From a virus, in the IMG/VR virus record IMGVR_UViG_3300045988_125828, positions 1 through 64,000 of that record: 64,000 nucleotides of DNA; one strand, given 5' to 3'. A program made the translations under genes and the position numbers. Of this stretch, positions 1-8,646 are shown piece by piece (position 1 is the first letter of the stretch; each line of letters begins with the position of its first letter). The notes under the pieces were generated by a model. The model was not told the DNA's origin. It did not search any database and saw nothing but the letters and a program-made list of their open reading frames with translations.

Positions 1-278
1 CTGCGACCGCTGGTAATTATGGTGCTGCGACCGCTGGTTATAGAGGTGCTGCGACATCAAGAGGTAGTTCATCAACTGGAAATAACGGTTTAGCGGTGGC
101 GCGAGGAACAAATGTAAAGGCCAGAGGAGGTATGGGATCTATCTTGGTTATAGCAGAGGAGCAAGAAAGCTCGTACGATGTTTCTGATTGGAAAGCTGTT
201 GTAGTTGACGGAAAAAATATCAAGGCTGATACTTGGTATAGATTAGTAAACGGCGAATTTGTTGAGGTGGAAGATTAA
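1..278 (+). CDS. 3' part of a Gly/Ala/Thr-rich repeat protein (5' end outside window)
   Basis: Frame open from base 3. Reads ATAGNYGAATAGYRGAATSRGSSSTGNNG (short degenerate repeats), then a ~55 aa globular tail. Stop TAA at 276-278. Confidence 0.6.
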   Translation, partial: ATAGNYGAATAGYRGAATSRGSSSTGNNGLAVARGTNVKARGGMGSILVIAEEQESSYDVSDWKAVVVDGKNIKADTWYRLVNGEFVEVED

Positions 279-295
279 ACTAACAATAATATATT

Positions 296-562
296 ATGAT
301 TAAAAAACTATTACAGAAGTATCAAGCGTACAGGGATAAAAAGTTCCTTGCACGCTTGGAGAGAGTGCTAAACAACAATGTGGTGGGCGCAAACTTATTT
401 ATAGAAAAAAATGTGTTTTCACTCAGGGGATTTTACATGTATTTTCCTAAAGGCGCAGTGGCGGATTTGCTAAACAAAATTCCTCCAAGTCTTGTCGAAG
501 AGCGTCTTCGTTCAGGATATTACGAGAAACGAGAGACTCCGCAATCAGGTTTAGACTTTTAG
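296..562 (+). CDS. hypothetical protein (88 aa)
   Basis: ATG ORF 17 nt after the previous stop, co-oriented with neighbours. No motif recognised. Confidence 0.6.
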   Translation: MIKKLLQKYQAYRDKKFLARLERVLNNNVVGANLFIEKNVFSLRGFYMYFPKGAVADLLNKIPPSLVEERLRSGYYEKRETPQSGLDF

Positions 563-805
563 AATAATAAAAACAATTATTTCCTACGGAAGCATTTATA
601 TTGTATTTTCCTGAAAGGCTGTTTATTAGATCTCTTTGAAAAATAAAGTTCCCTGCATCTTGTTTTCCTCTGCATGGAATGTTAAGCTGTTTGCAGATTG
701 AGATAGTTAGACCAATTACTTCTTCAGGGCAGTAGATTGATGTTTTTATAAACTCTTTCGTAAGTTATAATTTTTAGAATTTGACGAAACAAAAGTAACA
801 ACAAA

Positions 806-879
806 AAGGAGCATATCCAACAGTTATAATGATAAGTTAGAATTTGACACTTAACCTTTCATTAGGATGTGCTCCTTTC
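806..879 (+). promoter_or_regulatory. long hairpin in 5' leader of the 904 gene
   Basis: AAAGGAGCATATCC (806-819) pairs with GGATGTGCTCCTTT (866-879): 14 bp including one G-U. The loop contains the second of two TTAGAATTTGAC direct repeats (775-786, 836-847). Confidence 0.4.
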
Positions 880-903
880 AAAATTTGGGTAAAACAAAAA
901 GAA

Positions 904-1134
904 ATGAAACAGACAGTAGAAGAAGCAGTAAGGAAATATGCTGACGATAAATGTCAAGAACGTGGAGTTCCAAAGAAATATAGATTGCATTTCGATTTTG
1001 ATAGATATGACATTGAACAAGGGTTCAAAGCCGGTGCTGAATGGCTTGCAAATCGGATTAAATCAATCATGCAGGACGATTCACTGACAGACGGAGAAGT
1101 TATAGAGAATATTCATAAACTCTTAAATTTATAA
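904..1134 (+). CDS. hypothetical protein (76 aa from ATG 904; track ORF starts at 844)
   Basis: ORF from the track. The internal ATG at 904 lies just after the leader hairpin, so it is the preferred start. Confidence 0.6.
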   Translation: MKQTVEEAVRKYADDKCQERGVPKKYRLHFDFDRYDIEQGFKAGAEWLANRIKSIMQDDSLTDGEVIENIHKLLNL

Positions 1135-1138
1135 TGAC

Positions 1139-1720
1139 ATGAAAGAGGTATGGAAAGACACAAAAGGAGTGTTTGGGTATCAAGTTAGTAATTTTGGACG
1201 AGTTAGAAGCATTTTTAGTAGATGGGGGAAACGAGCGTATCCAAGGATAATGAAAGGTTATATAGATTCTCATGGATATGTTTGGGTAACAATTAGCATT
1301 AATGGGGAAAGGAAACTAATGTTTGTGCACAGGCTTGTTGCAAAAGCATTTATACCAAACCCTTTAAATTTAGAGATGGTAAATCATAAAGACGAGAACC
1401 CTTTAAATAATAATGTTGATAACTTGGAATGGTGTACAAGGTCTTACAATAACTCCTATGGGCATGCGACTGATAGTTATCGAAAAAAGATTTGTTGCAT
1501 ACATGGAGAAACTGCTTACGTTTTCAAATCAATAAAAGATGCTTCAATTAAAATGAATATTCCAACAACATCTATTTTCAACTCATTAAAAAGACGTTCG
1601 CCAATGGTTAGCAGAGGTCTTATGTTTTATTATGTTGGTAAAAACGAAATCCCCTCTTTCGATGAGATACTCGAAGCCAACAAGGATGTACTGGAACGGA
1701 TTAAAGAGAAAGGAGATTAA
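1139..1720 (+). CDS. HNH homing endonuclease (NUMOD4-like N-terminus, HNH_3 core, C-terminal NUMOD1-like HTH)
   Basis: GYQVSNFGRVRS (NUMOD4-like); HRLVAKAFIPNP...VNHKDENPLNNNVDNLEWCTRSYN (HNH); C-terminal KDASIKMNIPTTSIFNSLKRR. Confidence 0.85.
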   Translation: MKEVWKDTKGVFGYQVSNFGRVRSIFSRWGKRAYPRIMKGYIDSHGYVWVTISINGERKLMFVHRLVAKAFIPNPLNLEMVNHKDENPLNNNVDNLEWCTRSYNNSYGHATDSYRKKICCIHGETAYVFKSIKDASIKMNIPTTSIFNSLKRRSPMVSRGLMFYYVGKNEIPSFDEILEANKDVLERIKEKGD

Positions 1721-1910
1721 ACAAATGATTGAACGAATAAAAGTAGCATGGTACGCGCTCACTAAAAAGGAGTATGCATTTTTTTCAATCCAAAGGCATG
1801 AGATTGGGAACAGCGGTAGTAGATGTATCATATCTGATAATGCAACCCGTCTTTTCTTAGAGACAATTATCAAGTTTACAGAAAAATATATTAAAGAGAA
1901 AGGAGATTAA
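1700..1910. repeat. perfect 21-bp direct repeat ATTAAAGAGAAAGGAGATTAA (1700-1720 and 1890-1910)
   Basis: Read directly. Both copies encode the last residues IKEKGD* of two consecutive ORFs and carry the AAGGAG ribosome-binding site (RBS) for the next gene. Confidence 0.9.
1725..1910 (+). CDS. hypothetical protein (61 aa)
   Basis: ATG at 1725, preceded by AAGGAG. The track ORF 1632..1910 overlaps the HNH gene, so the internal start is preferred. Confidence 0.55.
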   Translation: MIERIKVAWYALTKKEYAFFSIQRHEIGNSGSRCIISDNATRLFLETIIKFTEKYIKEKGD

Positions 1911-1912
1911 GA

Positions 1913-2059
1913 ATGAAATTTCCTAAAGTAAAGAAAAAGCAAAAGATTGAAAGGGTTTGTTACAACTGTAAGCATTATTATAAGTGCACTGACAGATTTA
2001 ACCGAGATACTATAAACTGTGATAAATTCAAATTTAATGCTTTATGTAAGAGTGTTTAA
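1913..2059 (+). CDS. small Cys-rich protein (48 aa, below track cut-off)
   Basis: ATG 1913 follows AAGGAG. MKFPKVKKKQKIERVCYNCKHYYKCTDRFNRDTINCDKFKFNALCKSV, stop at 2057-2059. Confidence 0.5.
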   Translation: MKFPKVKKKQKIERVCYNCKHYYKCTDRFNRDTINCDKFKFNALCKSV

Positions 2060-2073
2060 AAAAAAGATTAGAT

Positions 2074-2487
2074 ATGAAATCAAAACAAGTATTATCAATA
2101 GATCAGATGAAGCACCTGAGGGAGCTTGGCTTGGATACGAGTGACGCAAGTATGCACTGGCAGTTTTTGCCTACGGTTGAATCTTTTTTCAATGGAGTGC
2201 TCGCCTTAGAGGAAAGGCCTACTCTCTTCGTTTCTCAACCGAATATGAAGCATGAATACCCTGCTTACACCTTGCAGGACATTCTCGACAAGCTGCCGAG
2301 TTATATTACATACAATGATGAAGAATATCAACTGCAAATACTTCCGCCTTGTATATGTTATAGATACGTAAATTATACGTTTGACGATTTAGATTATAAA
2401 AACAATGTGGATATCTTGGAGAACGCATATAAGATACTGTGCTGGGTGATTGAAAACGGATATATTTTAAAGGAGGGTGAACAATGA
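2074..2487 (+). CDS. hypothetical protein (137 aa)
   Basis: Track ORF. Its stop overlaps the next start (ATGA). Confidence 0.7.
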   Translation: MKSKQVLSIDQMKHLRELGLDTSDASMHWQFLPTVESFFNGVLALEERPTLFVSQPNMKHEYPAYTLQDILDKLPSYITYNDEEYQLQILPPCICYRYVNYTFDDLDYKNNVDILENAYKILCWVIENGYILKEGEQ

Positions 2488-2768
2488 AAGCGAGAATAAA
2501 AGAAACTGGAGAAGTAATCGATGTTGAATGTTGTTTCTATGCCAAGGTTGGTTCTACTGACCCGATTATTCCTAATGGGTTACTTGAAATTTTGAAAGAT
2601 GATGAAACTATTGATTGGGAGCAGAGACGTTATGAATTGGCAAAGGCTGCAATGCAAGGAGTTCTAAGCAACCCTGCTTTTTGCGGCACATATTCTAAAC
2701 GTGAAGCACCGATAATTATAGCGCTTGATTGTGCTGATAATATGATAAAGAAACTGAAAAGAGAGTAA
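2484..2768 (+). CDS. hypothetical protein (94 aa)
   Basis: Track ORF, translationally coupled to its neighbours. Confidence 0.7.
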   Translation: MKARIKETGEVIDVECCFYAKVGSTDPIIPNGLLEILKDDETIDWEQRRYELAKAAMQGVLSNPAFCGTYSKREAPIIIALDCADNMIKKLKRE

Positions 2769-2770
2769 TC

Positions 2771-2959
2771 ATGGATATAAAAGAAGTAAAAAACAAGAAA
2801 GAGAAAGCTGAAATGGAAATAGCTCATATTTTAGAACACCTTGAAGCTGAAATAGGTTTAGAAGTCAATAATATGATTTATATACGCAGGGAAAGTGAAA
2901 AGTCTACGTTATCGGCTTTGCCTGTAAGAATAAAAACAAAAATAATCTTGACGTTTTAA
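2771..2959 (+). CDS. hypothetical protein (62 aa)
   Basis: Track ORF starting 2 nt after the previous stop. Confidence 0.55.
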   Translation: MDIKEVKNKKEKAEMEIAHILEHLEAEIGLEVNNMIYIRRESEKSTLSALPVRIKTKIILTF

Positions 2960-2961
2960 TC

Positions 2962-3174
2962 ATGGAAGTAAAGAACGGAATAATAATAGACGGAGTGCTG
3001 CATGAAGCAGAGAAAGTGTATAATGGGCATTCTGATTGCAGTGACTGCTCGTTGCGTTATGAATGCGATGAATTTGAGAGCCAATACGAAACGTTTCTGT
3101 GTATTGTAATGAAATGTTTTCGTTTCGTCAATCGTGGCAAAGTGACAGATATTAAGATAGATAAGGAGGAATAA
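2962..3174 (+). CDS. hypothetical Cys-rich protein (70 aa)
   Basis: Track ORF containing CSDCS...C...C. Confidence 0.6.
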   Translation: MEVKNGIIIDGVLHEAEKVYNGHSDCSDCSLRYECDEFESQYETFLCIVMKCFRFVNRGKVTDIKIDKEE

Positions 3175-3176
3175 TT

Positions 3177-3584
3177 ATGGGATTTTCGACACCAGCGTTT
3201 ATACGCAAAAATACACCGGAATTAAGAAAGAAGTTGGAAAAATTAGGATACAACCATCCTACTGATGTAATTGAAGATGAAAGGTTTTGTATTGCTACAT
3301 CACCAGTTAACTGCAATTATCATATTATTATTAAAGGGGCTTTTGATGCTACAAATCCTTATCGCACATGGAATTGTGCTGGAAGAATTGATTGTGGAAC
3401 CAATGAAGAGCTTTTCTTAGCTATTGCCGCACTAAGAGATGATACAGATAAGCTTCAATGGTTTATTTCACCCGAAGGAGTTTGGGTTTACAATAAAGAC
3501 TGTGACAGTATATTAGAAGTATTTAAATTGCACAAGGCTACCGTAAACGAATTGATTGAATATTTTAAAGAAATGGAGAAATAA
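3177..3584 (+). CDS. hypothetical protein (135 aa)
   Basis: Track ORF with GGAGG upstream. Confidence 0.7.
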   Translation: MGFSTPAFIRKNTPELRKKLEKLGYNHPTDVIEDERFCIATSPVNCNYHIIIKGAFDATNPYRTWNCAGRIDCGTNEELFLAIAALRDDTDKLQWFISPEGVWVYNKDCDSILEVFKLHKATVNELIEYFKEMEK

Positions 3585-3586
3585 CT

Positions 3587-3955
3587 ATGACCGAAGAACT
3601 TGTAACATTAGAGACAGCGAAGCTGCTGAAAGAGAAAGGATTTAATTGGAAGTGCGAACACATAATAGGCTGCAATAAGGTTATTACAAAATATGATCTT
3701 CCGCAAAGAATGTCATGTTGTACGGAAATAGGTGGCGAATTGGTTGAATTTTTATGTCCAACATTGTATGTTGCGCAGAAATGGCTGCGTGATAATCATT
3801 CTATTCATACAGCCGTTGATGCAAACGGGAACGGGCTGTGGTATTGTAGAATTTACGACACGAAGGACTATGAATTTCTTTTTGAGACAAAGAATTACGC
3901 TACCTACGAAGAAGCACTTGAAGCCGGGATTTTTGAAGCATTAAAACTTATATGA
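3587..3955 (+). CDS. hypothetical protein (122 aa)
   Basis: Track ORF, tightly packed. The nested 3732..3944 ORF is ignored. Confidence 0.7.
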   Translation: MTEELVTLETAKLLKEKGFNWKCEHIIGCNKVITKYDLPQRMSCCTEIGGELVEFLCPTLYVAQKWLRDNHSIHTAVDANGNGLWYCRIYDTKDYEFLFETKNYATYEEALEAGIFEALKLI

Positions 3956-4146
3956 TTATGAGAAGATTTATATATATACTGGTTTCTATCATTATATCAT
4001 ATCTAATTTGTGTATATGAGTATAATACGTGGAATTTCATAGCCGGGTTAGAGCCTTCACTATCTTGCGAAAGATTAGCCAAATACGCCTTTTATTTCGT
4101 GATATGGTATTGGGTTGCGAAAGCTGTTGATTTGTTTAATGATTAA
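3952..4146 (+). CDS. small membrane protein (64 aa, 2 predicted TM segments)
   Basis: Hydrophobic stretches FIYILVSIIISYLICV and AFYFVIWYWVA. ATGA overlap with the previous gene. Confidence 0.6.
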   Translation: MIMRRFIYILVSIIISYLICVYEYNTWNFIAGLEPSLSCERLAKYAFYFVIWYWVAKAVDLFND

Positions 4147-4147
4147 T

Positions 4148-4252
4148 ATGATTATGGCTAAGAAAATAATGTTTAATGATAAATACAGCTTAACCCAAGC
4201 CGTATTGGAAGGTTGGAAGACTACGACAAGAAGAAAGGGTATAAACATATGA
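4148..4252 (+). pseudogene. possible 5' remnant of an ASCH-like gene (34 codons)
   Basis: MIMAKKIMFNDKYSLTQAVLEGWKTTTRRKGINI*. The x-A-V/I-L-x-G-x-K-T-x-T-R-R start is typical of ~120-170 aa ASCH-type phage proteins (from memory). Here it stops early, directly upstream of an endonuclease-like ORF. Confidence 0.35.
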
Positions 4253-4300
4253 AGAAAATTAATATCGATACTACAAGTAACCTAAAACTCGAATTTAAAT

Positions 4301-4693
4301 ATGAATGAATTGCATATTTCTCCGGAACGTCATAACAGAAACCTTGTTACCGGAAGATTTTTAAAGGGTTGTACTCCCCACAACAAGGGAAAGAAATGGG
4401 ATGATTACAACGTCCCCTTGCATAAGAGGGAAAGGATATTTAAAGGATTAGCATCAGGAAGAACGGGAAACCCTAATATAGCGGGCTGCAGAGCAAAGGA
4501 AGTAGTAGCCATAAGGAACGGACAGTTACAGTGTGTTTTCCAATCCTCTAACGATGCGGAACGAAAGACTGGCATTTGCGCCCGTAATATCAGACATTGT
4601 TGCTCCGGAAAGCGTAAACACGCTGGCGGCTATCAATGGTTTTGGGAGAACGATAATAGTTGGTGTGAATTAGTTAACAAAATGCATGAGTAA
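4301..4693 (+). CDS. homing-endonuclease-like DNA-binding protein (NUMOD3/NUMOD1-like motifs, no catalytic motif seen)
   Basis: GRFLKGCTPHNKGKKW (NUMOD3-like) and SSNDAERKTGICARNIRHCCSGKRKHAGGYQWFWEN (NUMOD1/IENR1-like). Confidence 0.5.
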   Translation: MNELHISPERHNRNLVTGRFLKGCTPHNKGKKWDDYNVPLHKRERIFKGLASGRTGNPNIAGCRAKEVVAIRNGQLQCVFQSSNDAERKTGICARNIRHCCSGKRKHAGGYQWFWENDNSWCELVNKMHE

Positions 4694-4783
4694 ACTTTAT
4701 AAATTAACCCTCTTTGGGAATACGGTCTTTGTCGGATGGTTTTCCCATTCTTCCCATTGGTATAATAAATTAGGCATAATAAG

Positions 4784-5182
4784 ATGAGAAAAACAGAAAG
4801 AGAACTTAAGCGCAGGAAACAAGCATTACCAAAGGATAAATTAAAAGTAGACCCGACCCTAAACGGTGATGCGGATCTGCTTGTAGAACAACACAAAGAA
4901 GTGGAAAGAAAGCTGTTCCCGCTGCGGCTTAGTAAGAATACTGTTATCTATGTCACAAAAGACAAACAGAATGAAGCATACGCGGAAAGGGCACGCAGAA
5001 GAATGGACATAACAGAACCAAAGAAACCGTTTGTTGACCCTCTTTCACAGGAGAACATTACAAAGATGTACAAGGAGGACGGCATATCTCCCCGTAGAAT
5101 GGCCGAAATATTGAATGTAAGCGTCAGGACGGTGTATCTAAGATTAGCCAAATACGGGCTTACAAAAGTGAAATGCAGATAA
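4784..5182 (+). CDS. putative DNA-binding protein with C-terminal HTH
   Basis: Basic N-terminus. C-terminal ISPRRMAEILNVSVRTVYLRLAKYGL resembles sigma region 4 / resolvase-type HTH. Confidence 0.45.
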   Translation: MRKTERELKRRKQALPKDKLKVDPTLNGDADLLVEQHKEVERKLFPLRLSKNTVIYVTKDKQNEAYAERARRRMDITEPKKPFVDPLSQENITKMYKEDGISPRRMAEILNVSVRTVYLRLAKYGLTKVKCR

Positions 5183-5196
5183 TTAAACTTGTAATT

Positions 5197-5706
5197 ATGA
5201 AAGATGTTAAAAGGAAATACAGTTTCTCTGATATAGAGTTTAAGCCTTACTTTACAGAGGAAGAGGTAAATTTTATCAAAAAGCTGAAATTGATGAAAGA
5301 TGTTGATAAGTACATGCAGGGAGTGGTTGAGTTTGAGAATGGTTATGGCGTCAGTGTGCTTTTAGGACAGCTGTTTCATTCAGACGGGGAAGATACATAC
5401 GAGGTGGCCGTTACCTATGACGGTCACATAATCAACCGAGATGACGAGCAATGGGTAGAATGCTTTTTGAACCGCTATGAAGTTGAGAAGCTGATGAACA
5501 ATGTTGCCGGGCTTAACCCTATTGTCGTTGATTCGTTCGACAAAGGCGATTACTTGGTGTATAATTTTGATAAATTTCATGTGTATATAGCCAGTCCGGG
5601 AAGAGAAAACATTAGACTGTTTGGTTCTTTTTACGAAACGAGAAAAGCCACCTACGAAGAAAGAGAGAGGATATTCGAGAGATTGATAAAATCATTAATT
5701 GTTTAA
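5197..5706 (+). CDS. hypothetical protein (169 aa from ATG 5197; track start 5173)
   Basis: Track ORF. The internal ATG avoids overlap with the previous gene. Confidence 0.65.
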   Translation: MKDVKRKYSFSDIEFKPYFTEEEVNFIKKLKLMKDVDKYMQGVVEFENGYGVSVLLGQLFHSDGEDTYEVAVTYDGHIINRDDEQWVECFLNRYEVEKLMNNVAGLNPIVVDSFDKGDYLVYNFDKFHVYIASPGRENIRLFGSFYETRKATYEERERIFERLIKSLIV

Positions 5707-5715
5707 ACAAAAGCA

Positions 5716-5877
5716 ATGGAAGATAATACATTAGACCAAAACCTTTATACCACCGCTATGAAAGAAGCGCTAAAGGTGGAGTTCTTGGAAAACAACGAAG
5801 AGATTAAACTATATGCCGCCTCGCTGTATAATGCGATGGTATGGGGTAGAAATCATACGGTTAAAGTAAAATATTAA
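5716..5877 (+). CDS. hypothetical protein (53 aa, below track cut-off)
   Basis: ATG 5716, MEDNTLDQNLYTTAMKEALKVEFLENNEEIKLYAASLYNAMVWGRNHTVKVKY, TAA at 5875-5877. Confidence 0.45.
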   Translation: MEDNTLDQNLYTTAMKEALKVEFLENNEEIKLYAASLYNAMVWGRNHTVKVKY

Positions 5878-5885
5878 GTTTTTCA

Positions 5886-5916
5886 TTTGGCGTTATAGAA
5901 AAAGGGCGTATATTTG
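5886..5916 (+). promoter_or_regulatory. Bacteroidota-type promoter (-33 TTTG, -7 TATATTTG)
   Basis: TTTG at 5886-5889 and TATATTTG at 5909-5916, about 20 nt apart. TAGAAAA lies 13 nt upstream of the -7 box. Confidence 0.5.
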
Positions 5917-5920
5917 CAGC

Positions 5921-6107
5921 GTCAAACATATTAAATAGAAAGCAGACGGAAGCCTGCTCATTGTAGGCATTTTTTATGCTTATATGTTCGCTGTATATAT
6001 AATACAACGGTTGTTACTCCCATGAGAGATGTTAATGCACTCTCAACTGCTTTCTATAAAGTATGTTTGACAATGGGGCGGTTGCAACCGTTTTTTTATT
6101 TTTTTTT
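5921..6107 (+). ncRNA. structured leader / candidate small RNA ending in an intrinsic terminator
   Basis: GTCAAACATA (5921-5930) pairs with TATGTTTGAC (6062-6071). TAGAAAGCAG (5935-5944) pairs with CTGCTTTCTA (6047-6056). Internal hairpins are present. Terminator CGGTTGCAACCG (6079-6090) is followed by a T-run. Confidence 0.35.
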
Positions 6108-6112
6108 AGAAT

Positions 6113-6490
6113 ATGATTGAAATAAGAGGAATAGAAATAACAGAAGAAATGATATTGAATGAAACAGACATTCAAGTTGTAATTAACTGGAAGAATGAAC
6201 TATTAGGTAAGCTATCCGAGTTTAAAGTAAAAACAGCACCATACAAAAGGCTGAGTGCAGGTCAGAAAAAAATAGAGACTTCTATATGGGCATTAATAAA
6301 ACTTTGCAAAGCAAAAATAGGAGATTATAATCTTAAACTAAAAGAAGAGGGAAAATGGAAATATAATAGAGAAATAAAAACGCAGAGACATCTTGCGTCT
6401 GTATTTATGGAAATAGCAAAGAATAGATTAGACAAACAAATGTATAAAGATATTTTAGAATTAGCACAAAAGAAAATAAACGAGGTATAG
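6113..6490 (+). CDS. hypothetical protein (125 aa)
   Basis: Track ORF directly after the leader terminator. Confidence 0.65.
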   Translation: MIEIRGIEITEEMILNETDIQVVINWKNELLGKLSEFKVKTAPYKRLSAGQKKIETSIWALIKLCKAKIGDYNLKLKEEGKWKYNREIKTQRHLASVFMEIAKNRLDKQMYKDILELAQKKINEV

Positions 6491-6533
6491 CTTCACCTCG
6501 ATAAATTGAAGCTGCCATAAATTGTCAAATAAA

Positions 6534-7349
6534 ATGGCTAAAAAGATTATTTTATCAAAGGAGAGTAGCGAAAGCGAAATCAAAGCGTATTTCATCGCAG
6601 TGTTAAAGTTGTCACAATCTGATGACGAGTTTCCAGTCAATCTTGATGAAGTATGGATGCTTGTTTACGGTCAAAAATCAGATGCTGTTTCAGCTTTGAA
6701 GTTAGATTTTATAGAAAATGTTGATTATCAAGTTTTAAGGAAAAATCCTCAAAACCCCAATGGTGGAAGACCGACAAATGAGTATAAACTCACTGTCTCC
6801 TGTATGGAGTTCTTCATCGCAAGAAAAGTAAGAGCCGTTTTTGAGGTGTACAGGAAAGTATTCCATCACACCGTTCATAAGGGAATCGAGGGAAATAATC
6901 CCAAACGAGAACCATCCCTAACAACCAAAGTTCGTGTTAGTCTTGAATGGGTAAAAGGTGTGAGCGAAATGCTCAACCTAAACGATTCTTCAAAACTTGC
7001 ATTGCTTGGAAAAGTAGCAGAACCATTAAACTTGCCACTTCCCGACTACACCCCGTCAAAAGGGATATTAAAATCAGCAACCGACCTATTGAAAGAACGG
7101 AAAACTCAAATATCCGCACGTGAATTTAATACGGTAGCAATAGAAAAAGGTTATCTGTGCGAACTGGAAAGAAAATCATCATACGGACAAAAGAAGAAAT
7201 TCAAGTCAATCACAGAGAAAGGTCTTTCTTTCGGAGAAAACCAAGTAAACCCGAACAATCCGAAAGGCACTCAACCATTATGGTACGAAAGTAAGTTTGA
7301 TGAGTTATTGGCCGTATTAGGGTTTCATTTCATAGGAGGAACTAACTAA
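6534..7349 (+). CDS. antirepressor-like / DNA-binding protein, paralog of 59293..59925
   Basis: N-terminal ~110 aa aligns by eye with the 59293 ORF (EIKxYFxAVLxLSxSxxEFPVNLDxVW ... FFIARKVRxVFxVYRxVFH). ATG 6534 is preferred over TTG 6522. Confidence 0.45.
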   Translation: MAKKIILSKESSESEIKAYFIAVLKLSQSDDEFPVNLDEVWMLVYGQKSDAVSALKLDFIENVDYQVLRKNPQNPNGGRPTNEYKLTVSCMEFFIARKVRAVFEVYRKVFHHTVHKGIEGNNPKREPSLTTKVRVSLEWVKGVSEMLNLNDSSKLALLGKVAEPLNLPLPDYTPSKGILKSATDLLKERKTQISAREFNTVAIEKGYLCELERKSSYGQKKKFKSITEKGLSFGENQVNPNNPKGTQPLWYESKFDELLAVLGFHFIGGTN

Positions 7350-7469
7350 TAATATAGCTTATTGAAAATCAGAAAAAGGCAATAGGTTATTACAAAAAGG
7401 GGGTCTGCGTTTTACCGACCCCCACTGTAAATCAGCCTGCCCGCTTAAAACCTAAAACAAATATTCATC

Positions 7470-7703
7470 ATGGAAAGAAATACAATACCTGCTAAAAAGC
7501 AATATGACGTCAGCGCAATGGGAGAATTTTTCAGAGACATTATAACTCCTGAAGAACTTAGAAAAGAGCTTGTAGACCTGGCGTTTGATTATGCGCAATA
7601 CGTAGATGAAGGGAGCACAGATTTATTTAAAAACAATATGAGTACCATATACATACTGTACAGGGCGTTGGAGGGCGTGAAAGAATTAGAGACACAGGGC
7701 TAA
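7470..7703 (+). CDS. hypothetical protein (77 aa)
   Basis: Track ORF; last gene of the + strand block. Confidence 0.6.
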   Translation: MERNTIPAKKQYDVSAMGEFFRDIITPEELRKELVDLAFDYAQYVDEGSTDLFKNNMSTIYILYRALEGVKELETQG

Positions 7704-7794
7704 CAGCATAGCCAGCTTTACCGCAACAATAAGCGGTATAGCATTGCAAATAACATCCTCGGCTATCTTTAGAGCACGCTCCATTGCATCATAG

Positions 7795-7839
7795 CAAGCA
7801 GTCGGCAGAACATCCAGTGCGGTAAGTCTTCCGACTGCT
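7795..7839. terminator. hairpin between convergent gene blocks
   Basis: AAGCAGTCGG (7795-7804) pairs with CCGACTGCTT (7830-7839). Confidence 0.45.
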
Positions 7840-7859
7840 TAATCAATATGTCTAATTGT

Positions 7860-8339
7860 TCATTCATAGCTATATTTTAGGCACATGTAAGACCAAATTT
7901 TATTATCTCCCGGCATCCAATCTTCATCGTCAAACCAAAAGGCATACGCCGCTTCGATAATATCCTCTCCGTCCAAAACCTTGCACAGATCGGCCCAAAA
8001 AGCATTAAAGGCTACGTATTTATCCCAGCGTGTGCATCCCGACGGGAAATTCTTGTTCTTGGTGGCTTCCTCTATCTGATCTACCGTCCAATATCCACCC
8101 TTGTGTTCGTTGCCTTCCTTGTCGGTGTACTCCATATCGGCAACATCGTGCATGGCAAACTCCTCGTTGTAATGGCATCCGCTCATGGCACCGTACAGCT
8201 TTCTCAACGCCAGCCAATACTTTTTAGGCTCTTTCTCTTTCATCGGCTCCAGCACATCCGAAAGGATGCGGGTGCTCTCTATCATTACAGCTTCACCCTT
8301 GCCTTTACCGTACTTTTCTATCAACTCATAAATAGTCAT
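7860..8339 (-). CDS. hypothetical protein (159 aa)
   Basis: Track ORF. The nested ORFs at 8020-8360 are rejected. Confidence 0.7.
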   Translation of the reverse strand: MTIYELIEKYGKGKGEAVMIESTRILSDVLEPMKEKEPKKYWLALRKLYGAMSGCHYNEEFAMHDVADMEYTDKEGNEHKGGYWTVDQIEEATKNKNFPSGCTRWDKYVAFNAFWADLCKVLDGEDIIEAAYAFWFDDEDWMPGDNKIWSYMCLKYSYE

Positions 8340-8376
8340 AATCTTTTCCCTTTCTTTTAATTAAGTAGTATGTTTC

Positions 8377-8646
8377 TTACCTGAATATCCTGCTTGCACC
8401 TCTTAGCAACACCTCAAAAATGGCGTCCCCGGTAAGGTTTGCTCCCACCTCCCGCCAAAAATTGGGTTTGCTTTGCTTTCTGATTATTTGAAGCAGCAAG
8501 TCCTGCTGGCGAAGGTGATGTTCGTTGTTCTTTTCAATGTCTTTTTGTAATAATAAAAGAGCCTTGACACCGTCATCCTTGCAGTTACCTATACACTCGT
8601 TGAGGTATTTGTCCATGCAATACTTCATAATCTTCTTGTTGCCCAT
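8377..8646 (-). CDS. hypothetical protein (89 aa)
   Basis: Track ORF, co-oriented. Confidence 0.6.
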   Translation of the reverse strand: MGNKKIMKYCMDKYLNECIGNCKDDGVKALLLLQKDIEKNNEHHLRQQDLLLQIIRKQSKPNFWREVGANLTGDAIFEVLLRGASRIFR

